40,171 nt of DNA from a virus (lineage: Duplodnaviria; Caudoviricetes): IMG/VR virus record IMGVR_UViG_3300021086_000107, positions 1 to 40,171 of that record. One strand, 5' to 3'. The position numbers were made by a program, and so were the translations under genes. Positions within the stretch are counted from its first letter, which is position 1. Every line of letters starts with the position of its first letter. Under the pieces are notes generated by a model. It was given only the letters and a program-made list of their open reading frames with translations. It was not told the DNA's origin and ran no database searches. This document shows, one piece after another, positions 34,336-40,171 of the stretch.

Positions 34336-36419
34336 GCGCCGCCGCCAAACTCGTTCCGCCGACCCAGCCGACCCCATCCGAAGCCTTCTTCGTCGCCCTC
34401 GACGCCGTGCGAAATTCCGCCGAACCGCCGGCGACGATGCAGGCGATCGAACGCGGCGCCGGCCTCGGCAACGGCGCGCTCAGCGCCGCCCGCAAGCGCG
34501 GCGGCGTGCCCGGCCTCGATAGCGTCCTGGCGATCAGCCGCGTGCTGGGTTGCCCTGTGCGCGACCTGCTGGGCGACGCCACGCCGCCCGAGCTGGATGC
34601 GCGGCCACCAACCACTGAGCCGGCGGTCGACCTGGTGATGCCCAACGGCGCCGTGCCGAGCTTGACTTACGACGCCATCGGCCCGTCGCCCATGAACCCA
34701 CGTCGCGGGTTCGACCAAGGCATCCTCGCCGAACTGGCCAACAGCATCGTCAGCGTCAACCTGCTGCAGCCCATTCTGGTGCGGCCGCCCGGGGGCGCCG
34801 ATCCGCTGCACCGCATCGTCGCCGGGGAACGGCGCTGGCGGGCGATCGGCATCGCCATCGAGGATGGCCGCCTACCCCGCGATTGGCCGATCCCCGTCGT
34901 CATTCGCCGCGGCCTGACCGATGCCGAACACCGGGCCATAGCCATCATCGAAAACCTGCAACGCCACGACGTGCCGCCGCTCGACGAGGCGGAGGGGTTC
35001 AAGGCGCTCATAGAGGAGGCCGGCTGGTCGACCGCCGATATCGCCGCTAAGATCGGCAAGACCGTCCGCCACGTCCAGCTGCGCCTGGCCCTGGTCGACA
35101 AGCTGGCCGAGCCGGTCAAGCAGGCGCTGCGCGACGGCGAGCTGACCCTGGCGCAAGCGCGCGCCTTCACCGCCGCCTCACCGGACCGGCAGTTGGAGTT
35201 GCTGGAGCGTGTCGGTGAGAACCACACGGCCGACCACGTGGCGCGGTTGGTCAGCCAAGAGAATTTCCCAGCCAGCCGGGCGATCTTCGATCTTGCCCGA
35301 TTTACCGGCCCGACGACGACCGACGACGAGTCCGGCGAGCTGATCTTTCAGGACAGCGTGCTGTTCGACTATCTGCAGCGCGAGGCGATCAAGGAAAAGA
35401 CCAAGCAACTGGCGATCGCCGGCACCGGCGTCGTCATGTTGGTCGAGACCGATTGGTGGAGCACGGCCGATTACGCCGTGCAACAGGCCATGATCTACCG
35501 CGCCCAAGGGCAGAAGCCCAAGGGCGCGCAGACGGCCGTGGTGATCCAGCTCAAGCGCGACCTGTCGGTGATCATCCACGACAATCTGTGGAAGCTCGAC
35601 AAGAAGCCGCCCGCGACCAAGGCCAGCACGCCCGCCAAAGACCTGGCGCCCGACCAGGCCGACCCGGTCGAGGCGGTCACCACCGGCCGCAAGATCTACG
35701 CCAAGCAGGCCAAGACCCGGGCACTGCAGGACACCCTGTTCTTTGCTGCCGAGATGGGCAACCCACGCGTGTTGAACGAGCTGACCTGCCTCGCCCTGAT
35801 CACCGCCGCCGGCGCCATGGCCGGCCTGCGCAGCGACGACAGGGGCGAGGAAAACCGCGTCGTCGGCGCCCAGATCGCGGTCATCCTGGATCGCTTCGCC
35901 GACGCCGCCGGCCGCAAGCTGTTCGCCGAGGGCAAGCCCTGCCTGTCCGCGCTGGACCACTACAATACCACGGGGGCGCAGGACACCGTCCGCAAGGCCC
36001 TAGGCACCATGACCGACGCGGCGGTTCAGACGCTCACCACGGCCCTGCTGGCGGCCCGCTGCCACGATCTGGTCGAGGCCTACAACCCGCATATGGGCAG
36101 CCAGCCCGCAACCATCGAGCTCGCCGAACGGCTGAACATCAACATGCCGGAGTGGTGGCGCATCGACGACGCGTACCTGGCCACCCTGCGCAAGGATCAG
36201 CTGGAAACGCTGGCCTTCACCATCGGCCTCTATCACGCCGGCAAGCTCGATGCGGTCACCCCGGCGGATTTCGGCACGATGAAGGCCACCGAACGGCGCG
36301 CCGCCATCCTGCGGTTCGCCGAGACGAACGACGTTCGCCACATCCCGCCCGAACTGGAATTCCACGGCGCGTTGATGATCGAGGCCGGCATCCGCCAGGA
36401 AGCGAAGGCGGCATCATGA
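34332..36419 (+). CDS. ParB/Spo0J-family protein with extra N-terminal XRE HTH and long C-terminal domain
   Basis: N-terminal HTH (MQAIERGAGLGNGALS...ISRVLGC), ParB CTPase motifs NPRR / LLQPILVR / IVAGERRWRA / IIENLQR, central HTH (STADIAAKIGKTVRHVQLRL). Confidence 0.9.
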   Translation: MSAAAKLVPPTQPTPSEAFFVALDAVRNSAEPPATMQAIERGAGLGNGALSAARKRGGVPGLDSVLAISRVLGCPVRDLLGDATPPELDARPPTTEPAVDLVMPNGAVPSLTYDAIGPSPMNPRRGFDQGILAELANSIVSVNLLQPILVRPPGGADPLHRIVAGERRWRAIGIAIEDGRLPRDWPIPVVIRRGLTDAEHRAIAIIENLQRHDVPPLDEAEGFKALIEEAGWSTADIAAKIGKTVRHVQLRLALVDKLAEPVKQALRDGELTLAQARAFTAASPDRQLELLERVGENHTADHVARLVSQENFPASRAIFDLARFTGPTTTDDESGELIFQDSVLFDYLQREAIKEKTKQLAIAGTGVVMLVETDWWSTADYAVQQAMIYRAQGQKPKGAQTAVVIQLKRDLSVIIHDNLWKLDKKPPATKASTPAKDLAPDQADPVEAVTTGRKIYAKQAKTRALQDTLFFAAEMGNPRVLNELTCLALITAAGAMAGLRSDDRGEENRVVGAQIAVILDRFADAAGRKLFAEGKPCLSALDHYNTTGAQDTVRKALGTMTDAAVQTLTTALLAARCHDLVEAYNPHMGSQPATIELAERLNINMPEWWRIDDAYLATLRKDQLETLAFTIGLYHAGKLDAVTPADFGTMKATERRAAILRFAETNDVRHIPPELEFHGALMIEAGIRQEAKAAS

Positions 36420-36721
36420 GCGCCGCCAACAGCGACCGCCGCCTGCTCACCCGTGCCGAGATGGCCGATCGGCTGCAGGTCGATCTCGACTACCTCTATC
36501 GGCACCTTCACCGGCTATACGCAGACGGCTTCCCCCGTCCGGCCTGGGGCAATCGCGCGGGCGCCCGATGGGACCCCCGCGCGATCGACGCCTGGCTGGA
36601 CGCCAAGATCGCCCGGCCGGCGGCCTCGTCGCCGGCGCCGGCCGGCGGCGGTGAGGACGAGGTGGATTACGACGCCATTCTGAACCGCAATGCCCAGCGG
36701 ATCGTGGAGGGCGTGCTGTGA
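36416..36721 (+). CDS. Excisionase / AlpA-like winged-helix protein
   Basis: LLTRAEMADRL...GFPRP...RWDPRAIDAWLD; ATG 36416 coupled to the ParB stop. Confidence 0.8.
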   Translation: MSAANSDRRLLTRAEMADRLQVDLDYLYRHLHRLYADGFPRPAWGNRAGARWDPRAIDAWLDAKIARPAASSPAPAGGGEDEVDYDAILNRNAQRIVEGVL

Positions 36722-37029
36722 GGGGCCTCTCCGCGAACGAGATCGAAGACCAGCTTAAGCAGCTGGTGCATGAGCTGATCACCGAGGCCTTACGCGGCCT
36801 GTCCCACCGGGGCTTGATCGCTGGGGCGACCGTCGAAACGCTCGCCCCTTATGCGTCGCCGTACCAATACCGCCTAACGCGGATCGACGTGGGCCTGCGC
36901 GAAACCATGCTGTCGATCAGCTGCTATGGCAACAAGCTCCGCCGCGACGGCACGTTCGGAACCCATGATCATTACGTCGGCCGGCCCCGTGAGTTGATGA
37001 TCATCCGGCACGCTAAGGGGGCGCATTAA
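36718..37029 (+). CDS. Hypothetical protein
   Basis: GTGA coupling and GGAGG RBS. Confidence 0.6.
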   Translation: MRGLSANEIEDQLKQLVHELITEALRGLSHRGLIAGATVETLAPYASPYQYRLTRIDVGLRETMLSISCYGNKLRRDGTFGTHDHYVGRPRELMIIRHAKGAH

Positions 37030-37232
37030 TGACCACCATCACCCGAGATGAGTTCGCCGCCCGATTTAAAGCTCGGATGCTGGCTCGTTCCCACGCGACA
37101 CCCGCCGCCGCACGCGAGGTCGCGGAATATGCTGATGCGGCTGTCGCCGACTATTGGGGCGATCCCAGTATGCGCAAGGAAGAACCGGAAGACTGCGCCG
37201 ATGTCGACATGTCGTATTGGGACGAGGAGTGA
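37029..37232 (+). CDS. Hypothetical acidic protein
   Basis: TAATG coupling; PEDCADVDMSYW C-terminus. Confidence 0.65.
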   Translation: MTTITRDEFAARFKARMLARSHATPAAAREVAEYADAAVADYWGDPSMRKEEPEDCADVDMSYWDEE

Positions 37233-37236
37233 CGCT

Positions 37237-37815
37237 GTGACCGAGAAAACGACCGAAGCCTGCCCGATCTGCCAGGGCTCCCGCACTGTGCGCCTGTTCG
37301 TCTATCATCCCGTCACCACGAAGCCCCTCGCCCGCCAGGCTCGCCTTGAAGACTCGTCCCGCACCTACCCCTGTCCGGAATGCACCCGCAAGGCGGTGTC
37401 GGAAGAGCACGTCACAATACTCCAGCATACCGCCGTCTTTGGGGCGACCTATCTGGTTCGTGAGGGGCTGGAAATATACGCGATGCGGACGGCCGCGGCG
37501 GCTTTGTCCCGTCGTTTGCTGGACGATCAATTCATCAAGTTTTCGTATTTTCCCAACGTCCTGCCGGGATCGACCGAGGTGGTTGCAACTCTAGCGGCCG
37601 TGGCACCCAGCCACGTCGCGAGCATGGAACAACGTATCGCGGAACGGCAAGGTGACGTGGCTCGGCGTGTTGTCGAGCAGGCCGTCCGCGAAATAGAAAT
37701 ATGGGGATCAGCGTTTGGCGGCACGGGCGGATCGATCCACAAAGAAATGGCGGTCGAGGCCGTCAAGATGGCCCTGATTAGGGTACTGTCGACACCACGC
37801 ACCCACGCCACCTAG
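37237..37815 (+). CDS. Zn-ribbon-containing hypothetical protein
   Basis: GTG 37237 after GAGGAG; CPICQGS...YPCPEC. Confidence 0.6.
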   Translation: MTEKTTEACPICQGSRTVRLFVYHPVTTKPLARQARLEDSSRTYPCPECTRKAVSEEHVTILQHTAVFGATYLVREGLEIYAMRTAAAALSRRLLDDQFIKFSYFPNVLPGSTEVVATLAAVAPSHVASMEQRIAERQGDVARRVVEQAVREIEIWGSAFGGTGGSIHKEMAVEAVKMALIRVLSTPRTHAT

Positions 37816-37836
37816 CCGCCCGCCAGGATAGCCGCC

Positions 37837-39057
37837 ATGGCAACGATCAAGGTTCCCTATCTCGCGACACGGCCCGGGGCGCAGGGCGGGAAGCGCCATT
37901 TCTGGGTGCCCGGTCCGCACCTCCGCCTCGCCGGCTGGCGTCCGGAGCGGCTGCCCGATGACTTTCAGGCGGCCGTGCTGCGCGCGAACGACATCAACAA
38001 GGCCGTCAAGGCCTGGCGCAAGGGCGCGCCGCTGAACCAGGACGCGACGGAAACGGCGGCCGCGCCAATCGCCGTGCCGACGGTGCTGCCGCCGGCGGCA
38101 CGGCCGATCCCGACGACGCCAGTGATCGTCGCCGACTTAATCCGTAAATACCGCGCCAGCCCGTTCTTTCTGGGCAAGGCGCCGAAGACCAAGCGCGGCT
38201 ATAACCAGAACCTTCAAGTAATCGAGGCCTGGGCAGGCGGCACACCCGTGCGCGTCCTGACCGGGCCGCGGATCGCCGCCTTCTACGAGCTGCTGTATGC
38301 CAAGACGCCCAGCAAGGCGAATGCGGTTATCGGCATGCTGCGCATCCTGCTGGGCTATGGGGTCAAAGTCGGCTCGGTCGCGGTCAACGTCGCCGCGAGC
38401 CCCGGGATGATCAGCCAGCCCTTTAACGGCAGGCTATGGCCGCGCGACGCCAAGGATCTACTGATCGAGGCGGCCGACAAGCTGGGCTGGCATTCCGTGG
38501 GAACGGCGATCGAGATGAATTGGTGGCTGGGCCAGCGCGAGGGCGACGTCCTCGCCTGGCCGCGCGCGCAGTACCGCAACGGCCGATTTTATGTGAAGCA
38601 GCGCAAGACGGGCAAGCGCGTCGGCGTGCGCGACAATCCCCAGGTCGCCGCGCGCGTGGCGGCCGAGCTGGAGGCCCAGCGCCTGCGCGGCATCTTGGGC
38701 ACGCCCTCGATGCCGCTGCTGCTGTGCGAGACGACCGGCCAGGCCTGGACCGAGGATCACTTTCGCAAGGTGTTCCAGAAGGTGCGCGCGGCGGCGGACG
38801 AGAAATGGCCAGGGTTCGAACAGGAAGATGGCTCGATGCTTTCGACCCTGGACCTGCAGTTCATGCATCTGCGCCATACGGCCGTCACCGAACATGCCAT
38901 CGCCGGCAGCACCGTGCCGCAGATCAGCGGCATCACCGGCCATAGCCTGAAGACCGTCGAGGCGATCCTGGAACACTACCTGATCCGCACCGAGGAGCTG
39001 GCCGACGCCGGCACCGACAAACGCATGGCCCGCGACGCGGCCGAGGGGGAAGAATGA
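37837..39057 (+). CDS. int: Tyrosine recombinase (phage integrase)
   Basis: GQREGD (R), QRKTG (K), HLRHT (HxxR), ITGHS (H), EHY (Y); adjacent to the att/tRNA site. Confidence 0.95.
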   Translation: MATIKVPYLATRPGAQGGKRHFWVPGPHLRLAGWRPERLPDDFQAAVLRANDINKAVKAWRKGAPLNQDATETAAAPIAVPTVLPPAARPIPTTPVIVADLIRKYRASPFFLGKAPKTKRGYNQNLQVIEAWAGGTPVRVLTGPRIAAFYELLYAKTPSKANAVIGMLRILLGYGVKVGSVAVNVAASPGMISQPFNGRLWPRDAKDLLIEAADKLGWHSVGTAIEMNWWLGQREGDVLAWPRAQYRNGRFYVKQRKTGKRVGVRDNPQVAARVAAELEAQRLRGILGTPSMPLLLCETTGQAWTEDHFRKVFQKVRAAADEKWPGFEQEDGSMLSTLDLQFMHLRHTAVTEHAIAGSTVPQISGITGHSLKTVEAILEHYLIRTEELADAGTDKRMARDAAEGEE

Positions 39058-39347
39058 ACCCTTTGGCCGGAGTAGATGAACCGACGATCCGTGAAGTCCA
39101 GTACGTCGTGGATAAGGACGTGGTCCGCTACCGGCTGAGCGACGGCACGATTCGCGATGCTGAAAATCGCAATGCCAGGATACCGTTCGGCTGGCCGTTC
39201 AATGAGCTTGCACAGCAGGCGGCAAACGCCTGCCTTAGCGTGCTGGGTTACGAATGGCAGACAATTTCTGAGGGCACCGGCAGCTACGATCGAGACCTGG
39301 CACGCTTCACCATAGGCGCCCTGGAAATCGTGCATACGGAACGCTGA
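39054..39347 (+). CDS. Hypothetical protein downstream of integrase
   Basis: ATGA-coupled to int; lower GC. Confidence 0.55.
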   Translation: MNPLAGVDEPTIREVQYVVDKDVVRYRLSDGTIRDAENRNARIPFGWPFNELAQQAANACLSVLGYEWQTISEGTGSYDRDLARFTIGALEIVHTER

Positions 39348-39443
39348 CGGAACATAAAAGTCGAACGTTCGACTTCTGCTAGTCGCACAAAAGTCGAACA
39401 GTTCCCGTCTTGTTCACCATCTCCGGCCACTAAGCCCTTGAAA
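39339..39443. promoter_or_regulatory. Right att arm: two LexA-type boxes, AAAAGTCGAAC repeats and IHF-like site
   Basis: GAAC-N7-GAAC 39339..39353; GTTC-N7-GTTC 39401..39415; AAAAGTCGAAC at 39356 and 39389; TAAGCCCTTGAAA 39431..39443. Confidence 0.55.
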
Positions 39444-39446
39444 AGA

Positions 39447-39522
<76 letters not shown>

Positions 39523-39700
39523 GCTCTCGCGAGGCGCGGTGTGTAGCAAACGCGATCGGCTTTGTCGAGGCCGCTTTGGGCGTCGGTGACAACCGATTGT
39601 CCAACGCCGCTCAAAGCGGACAATTCCAGGATTCTGAGCTAGGGTTTTACCCAAGCCCATCCGCTCCTCGATCTCTCTCCCCGCTCCAGGACCCCGCCCG

Positions 39701-40171
39701 ATGTCTTCGCCCTTCGATATCGAACGCGCCTCGCTGCGGCGCGCGCCGGACCGCGCCGTCGCCGTCGCGGTGATTGTCGCCGAAGATGGCCGATACCTGC
39801 TGCAGCTGCGCGACGACAAGCCCGGCATCGCGGTGCCGGGGCATTGGGCACTGTTCGGCGGCGGCCTCGAACCGGGCGAAAGCCCCGCCACGGCCCTGGT
39901 GCGCGAGCTGCGCGAGGAACTCGGCTTCACCGCGACCGATTATGCCAGGCTGATGGAGTCGATCCACCGGATGCCGTCCGGCCGTATCGTCGAAATGTGG
40001 TTCTTCACGGTCCGCGTCCGGCTGGACGAAATCGATCGCATGGTTCAGACGGAAGGGGCGGACAAAGCCCTGTTTACCCCGGAAGAGGCCGCGGCGCTGG
40101 ATCGCATAGCCCCCTGGGACCTATCCGCGGTGCTGCTTCACGCCCGCGGCGCGTTGCTGTTCCCGCGCTGA
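39701..40171 (+). CDS. NUDIX hydrolase; host gene
   Basis: LLQLRDD...PGHWALFGGGLEPGESPATALVRELREELG Nudix box. Confidence 0.92.
   Translation: MSSPFDIERASLRRAPDRAVAVAVIVAEDGRYLLQLRDDKPGIAVPGHWALFGGGLEPGESPATALVRELREELGFTATDYARLMESIHRMPSGRIVEMWFFTVRVRLDEIDRMVQTEGADKALFTPEEAAALDRIAPWDLSAVLLHARGALLFPR

Overview
The window holds an apparently complete ~37.7 kb temperate prophage. It is integrated at the 3' end of a tRNA-Lys(CTT) gene (39447..39522, minus strand) and bounded by a 49-bp direct repeat (1795..1843 and 39447..39495). Host genes flank it: a Na+/Pi cotransporter on the left and a NUDIX hydrolase on the right. The high-GC host is probably an alphaproteobacterium (inference). The virion module is podovirus-type (T7/BPP-1-like gene order): terminases, portal, scaffold, capsid, tail tubes A/B, three internal ejection proteins, two fibres and lysis genes. 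The prophage also carries a primase plus helicase, a CI/Cro switch, an HTH-ParB fusion, an excisionase and a tyrosine integrase. The most notable observations are: (1) a phosphoribosyltransferase (PRTase)-like domain inserted in the 1618-aa ejection protein, immediately followed by a nested out-of-frame 67-aa ORF with strong coding-type codon bias, a candidate injected effector plus overlapping partner/immunity gene; (2) 12 copies of a 15-bp palindrome GCGAACG-N-CGTTCGC scattered across the prophage, which has a ParB-family protein but no ParA, resembling a KorB/OB system; (3) a diverged copy of a helicase segment fused to a stand-alone TSCPD-like protein; (4) two alphaproteobacterial-type LexA boxes bracketing the att arm; (5) a nested inverted repeat of TTAGG units, the probable origin. 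All calls come from reading motifs and gene order by eye; no searches were run.
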